Origin: Candidatus Sulfomarinibacteraceae bacterium
GTDB taxonomy: Bacteria; Acidobacteriota; Thermoanaerobaculia; Thermoanaerobaculales; Sulfomarinibacteraceae
Assembly (NCBI GenBank): GCA_963796455.1
Contig: CAWCLO010000003.1
Span: forward strand, 64,001 to 128,000
Direction: 5' to 3'
DNA length: 64,000 nt
Every line of letters begins with the position of its first letter. Within the stretch, counting starts at the first letter, position 1. The notes under the pieces were generated by a model that worked only from the letters and a program-made list of their open reading frames with translations, was not told where the DNA came from and did not search any database. The position numbers and the translations under genes were made by a program. This document shows positions 31,563 to 41,596 of the stretch, one piece after another.

Positions 31563-32681
31563 GTGCTGATCAACGACCTTCCGACACCCAGCGCGCTCGT
31601 CGATCTCGATCGGCTCGAGCACAACGCCTCACGGATCGCCGACAAGGCACGACGGCTCGGCGTGCGTCTCCGACCCCACGTCAAAACCCACAAAAGCGTC
31701 GAGGCCGCCCGCATCCAGACCGACCTCCACTTCGGCGGCGTCACAGTATCGACCATGGCCGAGGCGCGGGGCTTTGCCGCCGGGGGATTCTCCAACATCA
31801 CCTACGCGGTGCCGATCGCTCCGCAGAAAATCCTGGAGGCCGCGGATCTCCACGTCGAAATCGACGCCTTCAACATCCTGGTCGACAGTATCGACACGAC
31901 CCGCGCGATCGAGGAATTCACGAATTCGAATGAAATCATCCTGCCCGTCTATCTCGAGATCGACTGCGGCGGCGGGCGCACCGGTGTCGACCCCGTAAGC
32001 GAAACAGCCGAACTACTCGTCCGTCGGCTCGCCTGCGCCGACCGGATCGACTTTCGTGGGCTCCTGACCCACGCCGGGCAGTCCTACAGCGCTCGCAATC
32101 GCTCTGAAGCCTTCGAGGTGGCCTGCGAGGAACGCAATTTGATGACCGCCCTCGCGGCGGAACTCCGCGATCTCGGGGTCGATGTGCCCGAAATCAGTAT
32201 CGGTTCGACCCCGGCCATGACCGCGATCGACGACCTTTCGGGAGTTTCCGAGGTCCGGCCCGGCAATTATCTTTTCTTCGATGCATTCCAGGCCGCCATC
32301 GGAAGCTGCAGGTTCGACGAGATTGCGTTTTCGATTCAAGCAACGGTGATCAGCACCGACACCGATCGCGGGCGCGCGGTTATGGACGCGGGAGCCACAG
32401 CCCTCAGCAAGGACCTCGGCCCGACCCACGTCGACCCCGATTGCGGTTTTGGTCTTCTGGTCGCAACCGACGATCAGCACCCTCTGCCGGGTCTTCAATT
32501 GAAGGCCCTCACCCAGGAACACGGAACCCTGGGCGGCCCCGGGGTCGAGGCCCTGCGGCCCGGCACGCGGATTCGCATCCTGCCCAACCACTCCTGTTTG
32601 TCCGCCGCTTGCTTCGACCGGTATCACGTCGTGCGCGGCACCGAGGTTGTCGACGAATGGCGACCCGTACGCGGTTGGTAG
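31563..32681 (+). CDS. Fold-type III PLP enzyme (D-threonine aldolase / D-serine dehydratase-like)
   Basis: LPTPSALVD, LRPHVKTHK, RTGV, THAG, SIGSTP, EVRPGNY, QEHG, PNHSC. Confidence 0.9.
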   Translation: MLINDLPTPSALVDLDRLEHNASRIADKARRLGVRLRPHVKTHKSVEAARIQTDLHFGGVTVSTMAEARGFAAGGFSNITYAVPIAPQKILEAADLHVEIDAFNILVDSIDTTRAIEEFTNSNEIILPVYLEIDCGGGRTGVDPVSETAELLVRRLACADRIDFRGLLTHAGQSYSARNRSEAFEVACEERNLMTALAAELRDLGVDVPEISIGSTPAMTAIDDLSGVSEVRPGNYLFFDAFQAAIGSCRFDEIAFSIQATVISTDTDRGRAVMDAGATALSKDLGPTHVDPDCGFGLLVATDDQHPLPGLQLKALTQEHGTLGGPGVEALRPGTRIRILPNHSCLSAACFDRYHVVRGTEVVDEWRPVRGW

Positions 32682-32733
32682 CGAGGGCCGTACCCAGGCG
32701 CTGCTAAAATATGCTGGTGAAAACGACCGGAAG

Positions 32734-33849
32734 ATGATGCCGCAGCCGAAGACACCGTCCATCCAAACGCTCGTGATCGCCATCTCTTTGGTGCTGATGA
32801 CCGCCGGCTGCTTCACCAGTCACGTGCGGACACCATCGGCAACCGCGGAGGACGTCCAGTTCACGCGATCCCTTGATCCGGCTCCAGCATTCAGTTACGA
32901 GCGAAGCGACATCCCCTTCACGAACCATATCGAGAGCACCGGCGCGGCGCCGCACTACCAGTTGCGCACCCTCGAGATCCCATCCATTGGCGACAACGGC
33001 CAACCGGGCAACATGATCACCTCGCGCTATTTCCGAAGCACCCTGCCGGGTCCGCAGCCGCTGGTCATCGTCTTGCCGATCTGGGGCACCTACACCTACC
33101 CGCCGCGCAAGATCGCCAAGAGCCTGCAATACCGGGCCGAGGGAGCTGTCCACGTTCTCTACATCCAGGGAGAAACACACCTCACCGACTGGACAGGAAT
33201 GGTGGGCGCAGAAAACGAACAGGAGTTTCTCGATTTGTGGCACGAGGCCGCCGAACGGCTCCGGGTCAATATCGTCGATGTCCGGAGGCTGATCGATTGG
33301 GCCGAAACGCGGCCCGAGATCGACGCCGACCGAATCGGGTTGATCGGTTTCAGCCTCGGCGCCGTCCTCGCCGGCACCCTCGCCACCCAGGAGCCCAGGC
33401 TGGCGGCCACCGTAACAGTCATGGGCGGCAGCCACCTCCAGTCGGTGATCGCTTATTGTGACGGCAAACGAACCACCAGTGTGCAGGAAAAGGTCGCAGG
33501 ATCATTTGGTTGGAGCCGGGAATACCTCGAAAGTCAGCTCGAGCCGATCGTGGATTTTCTGGATTCCGCAAACTATCCAAACCGCGCCAATCCAGAGCGC
33601 GTACTGATCATCACTGCCAGCCGCGACAAATGTATGCCGGAGCACTCGCGGGAAGACCTCTGGCTGACGCTCGGCAAACCCGAGCGGATCAGCATGAAAT
33701 ACGATCATGCACCAGCCTTCTACAGCATGACCCCGCTCGGATTCAACTGGATGCGCTATCGGATCTGGGATTTTTTTGAGGAGAAGCTGCTCGAGTCACC
33801 ACCCTCCCCTTCCCGTCAGACGGATGAAGACAACGAAATGGGCAGCTGA
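32734..33849 (+). CDS. Putative lipoprotein alpha/beta hydrolase
   Basis: Lipobox-like LMTAGC; IDADRIGLIGFSLGA nucleophile motif; candidate catalytic D (RDKC) and H (DHAP). Start uncertain. Confidence 0.8.
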   Translation: MMPQPKTPSIQTLVIAISLVLMTAGCFTSHVRTPSATAEDVQFTRSLDPAPAFSYERSDIPFTNHIESTGAAPHYQLRTLEIPSIGDNGQPGNMITSRYFRSTLPGPQPLVIVLPIWGTYTYPPRKIAKSLQYRAEGAVHVLYIQGETHLTDWTGMVGAENEQEFLDLWHEAAERLRVNIVDVRRLIDWAETRPEIDADRIGLIGFSLGAVLAGTLATQEPRLAATVTVMGGSHLQSVIAYCDGKRTTSVQEKVAGSFGWSREYLESQLEPIVDFLDSANYPNRANPERVLIITASRDKCMPEHSREDLWLTLGKPERISMKYDHAPAFYSMTPLGFNWMRYRIWDFFEEKLLESPPSPSRQTDEDNEMGS

Positions 33850-33986
33850 AGGAAGCGCAATCACCGCTGTCCAAAACAATTCCGCGGGAGACCTTGTCCG
33901 CCCGATGACACAAGGGTTACGGGTTGGTTTCGACATATCCTGTTCGCGATTGGCCCGTGCCCGTGTCCGCGTCCGCGTCCGAATTA

Positions 33987-34407
33987 CAGCGACAGTGTCC
34001 AGCGTCAGCGACAGGCAACAGCGATCAGGGACAGGGAACAGCGATCAGTGTTCAGTGATCAGCGGCAGCAGTCTGGAGTTCATGCGGCGAAGTGGCCACC
34101 TCCGGGTCGTTCAAAAGAACGGGGTAGCCGGTGAGCGGCCGAATCGGTAGAGACCGGTCGAACCACTGGAGAATCGCCTACGCCTCGGCGAAAGAGGTCG
34201 ACAGCCACTTGGAGCTCCTCACCAACGCCGGGGCGATCAGCCGGAATGGAGCAAGTGAAGCGATGAAGGCCTTCGATCAGGTCCGTGCCACGACCTGTCG
34301 GTTGTTGAACCCGATAATCTGAGTGCTGTCCGCTGCCGCTGGACACTGCCGCCGTCCCTGTTCGCTGCCCCTGTACGCTATCTGAGACCCTGTATTGGAC
34401 AAGAGTG
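33987..34407 (+). mobile_element. Internally deleted copy B of the four-helix-bundle element
   Basis: Left arm and core TGGCCACCTCCGGGTCGTTCA are identical in the core to copy A, then join at CGGCCGA (34136-34142) to the 3' half of the gene; right end TTGGACAAGAGTG. Confidence 0.85.
34136..34322 (+). pseudogene. 3' half of a four-helix-bundle gene
   Basis: GRDRSNHWRIAYASAKEVDSHL identical to the 27121-27474 protein; N-terminal half and RBS missing. Confidence 0.88.
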
Positions 34408-34583
34408 AAGCGCAAAACCAAATTCATCTGCATGTCCTGCAATTCCTACCGAGGTCGGCGAGGGAGAAGATCCAGCTCAGTGCGCTATCATTACAAACAC
34501 GCGCTGAGGCGCGTTCATTTTCACCCAGACGACTCAGCATGGCGTGTTATTCTGGACTCGTGAAGAGGTGTAAACGAGGCGAA

Positions 34584-36407
34584 ATGGCAGATTCCAAAAA
34601 ACAGGTCATCTACGACGAGAAGGCGATCCAGACTCTGGATGCTCTCGAGCACATCAGGCTTCGCACCGGGATGTACATCGGCCGGATCGGCGACGGCTCC
34701 AACCCCGCCGACGGCATCTACGTGATGCTCAAAGAAGTGGTCGACAACTGCGTCGACGAGTTCATCATGGGTTACGGGAAGAGAATCGTGATCAAACGGC
34801 ACGGACCGCAGATGGCGGTTCGAGACTTCGGCCGGGGCATCCCGCTCGGCAAGGTCATCGACTGTGTCTCCAAGATCAACACCGGCGGTAAATACAACGA
34901 CGATGTCTTTCAGTTTTCGGTCGGGCTGAACGGGGTCGGGAACAAGGCCGTCAATGCCCTGTCGTCCGAATTCGAGGTCGTCAGTTTCCGTGATGGGAAA
35001 TTCAAACGCGGCCTTTTTCAGCAGGGCAAGAAACTCAAGGAAAAGGGAGGCAAGGAAGCCTCCGAGAGGAACGGAACCTCGATCCGCTTCATCCCCGACC
35101 CCGAGATCTTCGGCGACTACGGTTGGCAGGAGGAGTATCTCGAACATCGGCTCCGTTACTACGCCTTCCTCAACAGCGGTCTCACCCTCGACTACAACGG
35201 CCAGAAGTTCGTGTCGAAGAATGGACTGGCTGATCTGCTGGCCTACGAACTCGGCGGTGAACCGGCGATCTACGATGCGTTCCACTGCAAGCTCGACCGA
35301 ATCGAGATCGCCTTCACCCACACCCATGCATACGGCGAGACCTATTACAGCTTTGTCAACGGCCAGTACACCAACGACGGCGGTACCCACCAGAGCGCCT
35401 TCCGCGAAGGTGTGCTCAAGGGTGTCAACGAGTTCGCAAAGAACGGTTTCGCCGGCGAGGACGTGCGCGACGGTCTGGTCGGCGCGGTCGCGGTCAAGAT
35501 CCAGGACCCGGTCTTCGAGTCGCAGACCAAAAACAAGCTCGGATCGACCGACGTCCGCTCGTGGGTGGTGAGTGAGGTCAAGGAGCAGGTCGTCCTGTGG
35601 CTCCACAAATACCCCACGGAAGCGGAAAAGCTGCTCGAGAAAGTCAAAAATAACCAACGGGTTCGTAAGGAACTGTCGGCCATCAAAAAGGAAGCCCGGG
35701 AACGCGCCAAGAAGGTTGCCATTCGGATCCCCAAGCTGATCGACTGCAAGGTTCACCTCTCGGACAGCAAGGGAAAAAGGCGCGAAGAATCGACCATTTT
35801 CTTGACCGAGGGCGACTCCGCCGGTGGCGCGATGATTCAGGCTCGGGACGTGCAGACTCAGGCGATCTACTCCCTCAAGGGCAAACCGCTCAACACCCAC
35901 GGTCTCGGGCGGGAGGCTGTTTACAAGAACGAAGAGCTCTACAACATCATGCGGGCTCTCGGTATCGAGGACGATCTCGAAGGATTACGTTACAACCGGG
36001 TCGTCATCGCCACCGACGCCGATGTCGACGGCATGCACATCCGGAACCTTCTGCTCACCTATTTCCTGCGTTTCTTCGAAGAGCTGGTGGTTTCTGGCCA
36101 CATCTACATTCTCGAGACCCCGATCTTCCGGGTGCGCAACAAAAAAGAAACGGTCTATTGTTATTCTGAGGCCGATCGAGACGAGGCCGTCGAGCGGCTG
36201 CGGAACAACGAGGTGACGCGCTTCAAAGGGCTCGGCGAGATTTCACCCAAAGAGTTCAAACAGTTCATCGCCGACGACGAGCACATGACCCGGATCACGA
36301 CCGGATCGATGGGTGATGTCAAACGAGCACTCGACTTTTTCATGGGCAAAAACACCCCGGCCCGGAAGGAGTACATCATTGAGAATCTGGTCGCGGATAT
36401 CGCGTGA
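34584..36407 (+). CDS. parE: Type IIA topoisomerase subunit B, topoisomerase IV-like
   Basis: EHIRLRTGMYIG, EVVDNCVDE, DFGRGIP, GLNGVG, TEGDSA, LKGKPLN, TDADVDG, RFKGLGE; short (607 aa). Confidence 0.85.
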   Translation: MADSKKQVIYDEKAIQTLDALEHIRLRTGMYIGRIGDGSNPADGIYVMLKEVVDNCVDEFIMGYGKRIVIKRHGPQMAVRDFGRGIPLGKVIDCVSKINTGGKYNDDVFQFSVGLNGVGNKAVNALSSEFEVVSFRDGKFKRGLFQQGKKLKEKGGKEASERNGTSIRFIPDPEIFGDYGWQEEYLEHRLRYYAFLNSGLTLDYNGQKFVSKNGLADLLAYELGGEPAIYDAFHCKLDRIEIAFTHTHAYGETYYSFVNGQYTNDGGTHQSAFREGVLKGVNEFAKNGFAGEDVRDGLVGAVAVKIQDPVFESQTKNKLGSTDVRSWVVSEVKEQVVLWLHKYPTEAEKLLEKVKNNQRVRKELSAIKKEARERAKKVAIRIPKLIDCKVHLSDSKGKRREESTIFLTEGDSAGGAMIQARDVQTQAIYSLKGKPLNTHGLGREAVYKNEELYNIMRALGIEDDLEGLRYNRVVIATDADVDGMHIRNLLLTYFLRFFEELVVSGHIYILETPIFRVRNKKETVYCYSEADRDEAVERLRNNEVTRFKGLGEISPKEFKQFIADDEHMTRITTGSMGDVKRALDFFMGKNTPARKEYIIENLVADIA

Positions 36408-36417
36408 CAATTCCAGT

Positions 36418-36500
36418 CTTGAGTTTTGAGTTATGAGTTTTTAGTTCGTCGAAATTTCTACGGCCGCGCCAAGAACGAAGGACGAAAAATCCGAAATCGT
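36418..36500. repeat. GAGTTTT heptamer array between parE and parC
   Basis: ttgagttttgagttatgagtttttagtt. Confidence 0.6.
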
Positions 36501-36533
36501 ACTTGACGCTGCTGTACCGGAGAATGAAAGCAT

Positions 36534-38522
36534 ATGACCCGAATCGCCCCCCTGATGGGCAAGAATTTCATCGAGTACGCGAGCTACGTGATCGTGGATC
36601 GCGCCATTCCCGATCTCCGAGACGGTCTCAAACCGGTGCAGCGGCGCATTCTTGCGACGCTTTCGAAAATGGACGACGGGAAATTCCACAAGGTCGCCAA
36701 TGTCATCGGCGACACGATGAAACTGCATCCCCACGGCGACGCCTCGATCGGCGATGCATTGGTGGTCCTTGCCAACAAAGACTATTTCATCGAGAAGCAG
36801 GGCAACTTCGGCAATCCGGTGACCGGCCATGCGCCTGCTGCGGCCCGTTACATCGAATGCCGGCTCACCGACCTCGCCAAGGAGACCCTCTTCCGCAAGG
36901 CCCTGACCGAATACCAGCCGAGCTATGACGGCCGCAACGAAGAACCCATCGCTTTGCCGGCCAAGCTGCCGGTACTGCTCATGCTCGGAGCGGAAGGCAT
37001 CGCGGTCGGTATGTCGACGCGGATCCTTCCCCACAATCTGATCGAGCTCCTCGAAGCACAGATCAAGATCCTGAAAAACGAAGCCTTCGAGATCTTCCCG
37101 GACTTTCCAACCAAAGGCATGGTCGATGTCAGCGAATACGACGATGGCCGGGGAAAGGTCAAGGTCCGTGCACTGATCGAAAAGCGCGATGAGAAAACGG
37201 TCGTTATCCGAGAAATCGCCTATGGAACGACCACCGAGAGCACCATCGCCTCCATCGAGGCGGCCTCCACCAAGGGCAAGCTCAAGGTCGCATCCATCAA
37301 CGATTTCACCACCGATCAGGTGGAGATCGAGGTCGGGCTCCCACGCGGAGTCTACGCCGACGAGGTCATCCCCCAGCTCTACGCCCACACCGACTGCGAG
37401 GTCTCGCTCTCATCCAACATGGTCATGATCAAAGACCGGCACCCGGTCGAGATGGGTGTCTCCGAGGTTCTCTGCTTCCTCACCGATCAACTGAGGGGTC
37501 TGATCAAAGCCGAACTGAGCTATGAGCTCGGTCAACTCGAAGACCGCAAACATTGGTTGGATCTCGAAAGGATCTTTATCGAGAACCGGATCTACAAACG
37601 GATCGAAGACGCCACCACCGCCGAACAGGTCGTGGATGAGGTGAAGAAGGGTCTCAAGCCCTTCCTGAAAGAGCTCGATCGCGAGGTCTCCGACGAGGAC
37701 CTCGAGCGTCTGCTCAAGATACCGATCCGGCGCATCTCCCAGTACGATATCGACAAGAACCGCTCTGAAATCGAAATCGCGCTCAAGGGGATCCGTCAGG
37801 TCAAGGGCAAACTCCGCAAACTCACACCGACCACCATCACCTATCTGGAGCACCTGATCGCGACCTACGGCGAGCAATGGCCGCGCCAATCGGAAATCGG
37901 AGCTTTCGAAGCGGTCAACGTGCGCGCGGTTGCGCGCCAGAACATCCGTGTGGCTTACGACCCCGACACCGGTTTCTTCGGCTCCGAGGTCAAGGGTTCG
38001 AAGTACCAGTTCACGGTCAGCGAATATGACCGGATTCTCCTTGTTTCGCGAAACGGGACCTTTCAGATCATCGCACCGGAAGAGAAAATGCTTGTTCAGG
38101 ACAAGCTGATCCATGCCGAGGTCTTCGATCAGGAAAACGGCGCCGCGTTTACCGTGGTCTACCGTGACCAGGACAAAATATCCTGGGGCAAGAAGATCCA
38201 CATCAAGGCGTTTATCCGCGACCGCGAGTACGAATTGATCAAAGGCCGGAACGGAAGGGTCGACTACCTGATCCCGGGCGACTGCAACGACACGATCCAC
38301 GTCACTTTCGCGCCCATGAAACGACAGAGAGTGCACGAAGCAGAGTTTGATCTCTCGATTCTCGAGGTCATCGGCGTCACCGCCCGTGGCCGCCGGCTGG
38401 CGCCAAAACCGGTGTCGAAAGTGAAGAGAATCAGAGCGGCCGACGAGGGCGGCTCGAATGGAGACGGCAACGAACCCCAACCAAAAGACCCTGACGATCA
38501 GCCGCTGCCTTTTGAAGACTGA
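36534..38522 (+). CDS. parC: Type IIA topoisomerase subunit A, topoisomerase IV-like
   Basis: RAIPDLRDGLKPVQRRIL, HPHGD, QGNFG, AAARYIE, GIAVGM, PDFPT; short CTD with no recognisable GyrA box. Confidence 0.85.
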   Translation: MTRIAPLMGKNFIEYASYVIVDRAIPDLRDGLKPVQRRILATLSKMDDGKFHKVANVIGDTMKLHPHGDASIGDALVVLANKDYFIEKQGNFGNPVTGHAPAAARYIECRLTDLAKETLFRKALTEYQPSYDGRNEEPIALPAKLPVLLMLGAEGIAVGMSTRILPHNLIELLEAQIKILKNEAFEIFPDFPTKGMVDVSEYDDGRGKVKVRALIEKRDEKTVVIREIAYGTTTESTIASIEAASTKGKLKVASINDFTTDQVEIEVGLPRGVYADEVIPQLYAHTDCEVSLSSNMVMIKDRHPVEMGVSEVLCFLTDQLRGLIKAELSYELGQLEDRKHWLDLERIFIENRIYKRIEDATTAEQVVDEVKKGLKPFLKELDREVSDEDLERLLKIPIRRISQYDIDKNRSEIEIALKGIRQVKGKLRKLTPTTITYLEHLIATYGEQWPRQSEIGAFEAVNVRAVARQNIRVAYDPDTGFFGSEVKGSKYQFTVSEYDRILLVSRNGTFQIIAPEEKMLVQDKLIHAEVFDQENGAAFTVVYRDQDKISWGKKIHIKAFIRDREYELIKGRNGRVDYLIPGDCNDTIHVTFAPMKRQRVHEAEFDLSILEVIGVTARGRRLAPKPVSKVKRIRAADEGGSNGDGNEPQPKDPDDQPLPFED

Positions 38523-38710
38523 CTGATCGTCAGCAATTCTTCTTGTTTGGTGGTGTTCCCGCTCGATGTGGCAAGCGCCGCATTGTAGGCCACGGCGTAG
38601 AGGGTCCCCGTCGTCTCGTCATTCTCCAGAAAATTGGAGTTGTAACCGGTTGTCAGCGTCGGGTTGCTGAGCACCGCGCCGGTGAGCATATCGACCGCGA
38701 ATATCGGGTT
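38498..38710 (-). pseudogene. Possible remnant of a secreted beta-propeller-like protein
   Basis: PIFAVDMLTGAVLSNPTL..NDETTGTLYAVAYN..EELLTI has protein-like blade motifs, no RBS, and overlaps the parC 3' end. Confidence 0.3.
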
Positions 38711-38728
38711 GTCTCGGACCGAATCGGG

Positions 38729-39031
38729 CTACAGTTCCACTTTTTCGAGCAAACCCAGAAATTCGTCGTACGGCAGCGCCTGCCAACTCTCGGCCGATAC
38801 GGCTCCCTCGGCGCGGGTGATCAACGACACCTTGTGGGCGGTTTCAACATCCGGAGCGTCGTAGATGTCCATGAAATCATAGGGCCCGAGGATTGCGGAA
38901 TGAGATACCCAGGTCACCTCCGGGCAGATCGCGTTGACCTTGTTCAACCAGGCCCGGCCCATCGCGCGGCGCACCTCGGCATCACGCACGCTGTCCGGAG
39001 CGAGACGGGTCATGAGTACGAATCTCGGCAT
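38729..39031 (-). CDS. GYD-domain protein
   Basis: MPRFVLMTRL.., LGPYDFMDIYDAPD; ATG at 39031 after GGAGG. Confidence 0.88.
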   Translation of the reverse strand: MPRFVLMTRLAPDSVRDAEVRRAMGRAWLNKVNAICPEVTWVSHSAILGPYDFMDIYDAPDVETAHKVSLITRAEGAVSAESWQALPYDEFLGLLEKVEL

Positions 39032-39121
39032 AGAGACCTCCATAGCGCTTTTACCGTCAAGATAGTGCCTCGTGAGGTTGAATGCACACCAGATTTCTGG
39101 CTCTAGGCTATCCTGTGGCTG

Positions 39122-39970
39122 ATGATTCAAACAGATTTTATCGGCGTGCTCGCGGTGATCATGATGACGGCGCTGATTCCAGTCGCCAGGGCCGAGTCGA
39201 GTGATCGACCGACGACGATTGATGGCTTCTATGCGAAGGGAGCCCGAACGCGGGTCATCGCCCATCGCGGTTTTTCGGCTGTAGCGCCGGAAAACACCAT
39301 CGTTTCCATCCGGAAGGCCATCGACCTCGGCGCCGACATGGTGGAGTTCGATGTCACGGTCTCTGCTGATGGCCACGTGGTCGTCATCCACGACGAAACG
39401 CTGAACCGGACGACCGACGGCCAGGGGAGTGTCTCGAGTCATACATTGGAAGAATTGCGCCGGCTGGACGCCGGATCGTGGTTCGCCACCGAGTTCACCG
39501 GTGAAAAGATCCCGACTCTCGACGAGATGCTCGACACCACGAGCGGCCGGATACTCGCGAATATCGAGATCAAACCGGAGGCTGTCGAGTACGACGTTTC
39601 GGCAAAGGTCGCCAGACTGGTCATCGACAAGGGCCTCGTCGATCAGGTCGTTGTCTCCTCGTTTTCGCCGCAGGCCCTCGCCCAGATGCACGAGATCGCA
39701 CCTGAGATCCGAACCGCCTCCCTGTTCAAGAAGAAGATCCACCGCGGGATGGACCCACTCGAGATCACCTCCGAAGTCGGTGCTTCCGCCTTCAATATCA
39801 ACCACCGCTATTTGAACTCGAAGATGCGGAAATCGTGCCGCGAGAACAAAATCCCGATTGCCGTCTATACGGTCAACGATCCCAAGTTGATGCGCAAGCT
39901 GATCGACAAGGGAGTCGGTGCTTTCTTCACCGATCACCCCGATCTCCTGATGAGAGTCCTTGCTGAGTAA
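39122..39970 (+). CDS. Secreted glycerophosphodiester phosphodiesterase family protein
   Basis: Signal peptide, IAHRGFSAVAPENT, EFDV, IHDETLNRTT, NIEIK, YTVND, FTDHP. Confidence 0.93.
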   Translation: MIQTDFIGVLAVIMMTALIPVARAESSDRPTTIDGFYAKGARTRVIAHRGFSAVAPENTIVSIRKAIDLGADMVEFDVTVSADGHVVVIHDETLNRTTDGQGSVSSHTLEELRRLDAGSWFATEFTGEKIPTLDEMLDTTSGRILANIEIKPEAVEYDVSAKVARLVIDKGLVDQVVVSSFSPQALAQMHEIAPEIRTASLFKKKIHRGMDPLEITSEVGASAFNINHRYLNSKMRKSCRENKIPIAVYTVNDPKLMRKLIDKGVGAFFTDHPDLLMRVLAE

Positions 39971-40075
39971 AAAGGAGAAAGGGAGAAAGGGAGAAGGGGG
40001 GAAAGGGTGACCCGCCCTTCCACCCGCACCATCGAGTGGCCTCCCCCTTTCTCCCCCGCACCCTTTCTCCCCTTC
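39969..40075. repeat. GGAGAAAG/CTTTCTCC octamer tandem-inverted repeat
   Basis: aaaggagaaagggagaaagggagaagggggg ... ccccctttctcccccgcaccctttctcccctt. Confidence 0.75.
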
Positions 40076-40119
40076 AGGGCGCGAGCACGGGTTCGGCGGT
40101 TATGTGAGATCCTCTAGCT

Positions 40120-41538
40120 ATGAAACGACGCAAAACCAAGATCGTCTGCACGCTCGGTCCGGCCACCAACTCAATCGAAGGCATCACCGCTCTCATCGAC
40201 GCAGGGATGGATGTGGTCCGCCTCAATTTTTCTCACGGCGACCGGGAAGACCATCGCAAAACAATCCGTCTCATTCGCCGGGTGTCAGCTGAGGCCGGTC
40301 GGGAGATCGGCATTCTGCAGGACCTCGGCGGTCCGAAGATCAGACTCGGGATTCTCCCCGATGAAGGTGTGCGGCTCGAAGCTGGAGAGATCGTCGGGCT
40401 CGGTGTGGGCGACGATCTTCCCGACGGCGTCCTGCCCGTCACCTACCCCCATCTGCTCGAAGACGTCTCCGCCGGCGAGTCCATCCTGCTCGCCGATGGT
40501 GCGGCGGAACTCGAGGTGATCGAGGTCCTCAGCGATCGTCTGCAGTGCAGGGTCATCAACGAAGGTCTGCTCACCTCGCGCAAGGGAGTCAACCTTCCCC
40601 ACGCTGAGCTGCGAATCCCCGCAGTCACGGCAAAGGACCGCGAAGATCTCGAGATAGGGCTCGACGAAGGCGTCGATTTCGTTGCGCTTTCTTTTGTCCG
40701 CCACGAAGACGATCTCGCGCCGGTTCGAGACCGAATCCAGGGGCTCGAACACCCGCCGATGTTGATTGCCAAGATCGAAAAGCCCCAGGCCGTCGAACGA
40801 TTGTTGCCGATTCTCGAAGCGGTTGATGGCGTCATGGTGGCGCGTGGCGATCTCGGAGTCGAGATGCCGCCGGAACAGGTGCCGATGATCCAGAAGAAGA
40901 TCATCGCCGCCTCCCGCCGCGCCGGCCGACCGGTCATCACGGCAACCCAGATGCTGCGTTCAATGGTCGACAGCCCGCGTCCGCTCCGAGCCGAAGCTTC
41001 CGATGTGGCCAACGCGGTCCTGGACGGCACCGACGCCGTCATGCTGTCGGAAGAGACGGCGATCGGAAGCTACCCGAGCGAGGCCGTGCGGGTTCTCCAT
41101 CGGGTGGCCCTCGAGGCGGAGCCCCACCTCGACCACCAACGAATGCTCTCGGACGCCGCTTCGCCCTGCATACCCGAACTGACCGGCGCGATCAGCAGCG
41201 CCACCTGCGAGATGGCTGCCTCGATCAACGCCGCAGCCATCGTGACGACCACTGCTTCCGGTAGCACGACCCGCATCATCGCCCGGCTGCGACCGATCGC
41301 GCCGGTGCTCGGCCTGACTCCCCTGAAGACAGTGGCGCGACAATTGACCCTTTCATGGGGGGTCGTTTCAGCAATAGCACCAAATACCGACGACACCCGG
41401 GAGCTCGGTCGGGCCATGAAGGCCGCATTAAGAACGACCGGGCTCGCATCAACAGGAGACCGGGTGATCATCACCGCCGGGTTGCCTCTCGGTCAATCCG
41501 ATTCCACCAACATCATCCGGGTCGAAGAACTCGACTAG
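40120..41538 (+). CDS. pyk: Pyruvate kinase
   Basis: TKIVCTLGPA, RLNFSHG, DLGGPKIR, KGVNLP, AKIEK, MVARGDLG, ATQML, DAVMLSEETA. Confidence 0.97.
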   Translation: MKRRKTKIVCTLGPATNSIEGITALIDAGMDVVRLNFSHGDREDHRKTIRLIRRVSAEAGREIGILQDLGGPKIRLGILPDEGVRLEAGEIVGLGVGDDLPDGVLPVTYPHLLEDVSAGESILLADGAAELEVIEVLSDRLQCRVINEGLLTSRKGVNLPHAELRIPAVTAKDREDLEIGLDEGVDFVALSFVRHEDDLAPVRDRIQGLEHPPMLIAKIEKPQAVERLLPILEAVDGVMVARGDLGVEMPPEQVPMIQKKIIAASRRAGRPVITATQMLRSMVDSPRPLRAEASDVANAVLDGTDAVMLSEETAIGSYPSEAVRVLHRVALEAEPHLDHQRMLSDAASPCIPELTGAISSATCEMAASINAAAIVTTTASGSTTRIIARLRPIAPVLGLTPLKTVARQLTLSWGVVSAIAPNTDDTRELGRAMKAALRTTGLASTGDRVIITAGLPLGQSDSTNIIRVEELD

Positions 41539-41596
41539 TACTTATTGCGAACCTTTTTTTCAAGGTTCCGTTTCCCTGTTCAGGCGGAGGGAAACA

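Noticed and set aside
27121..34322. Four-helix-bundle gene and its partial copy as a diversity-generating retroelement (Avd with TR/VR)
   Set aside because: No reverse transcriptase in the window, differences between copies are not confined to adenines, and the duplicated part is the gene itself with its flanks.
34584..38522. gyrB/gyrA call
   Set aside because: Both subunits are short and the A subunit lacks a GyrA box, which fits topoisomerase IV better.
38729..39937. 402-aa version of the GYD ORF
   Set aside because: The upstream part is antisense to the phosphodiesterase; a GGAGG-preceded ATG at 39031 gives the normal-size protein.
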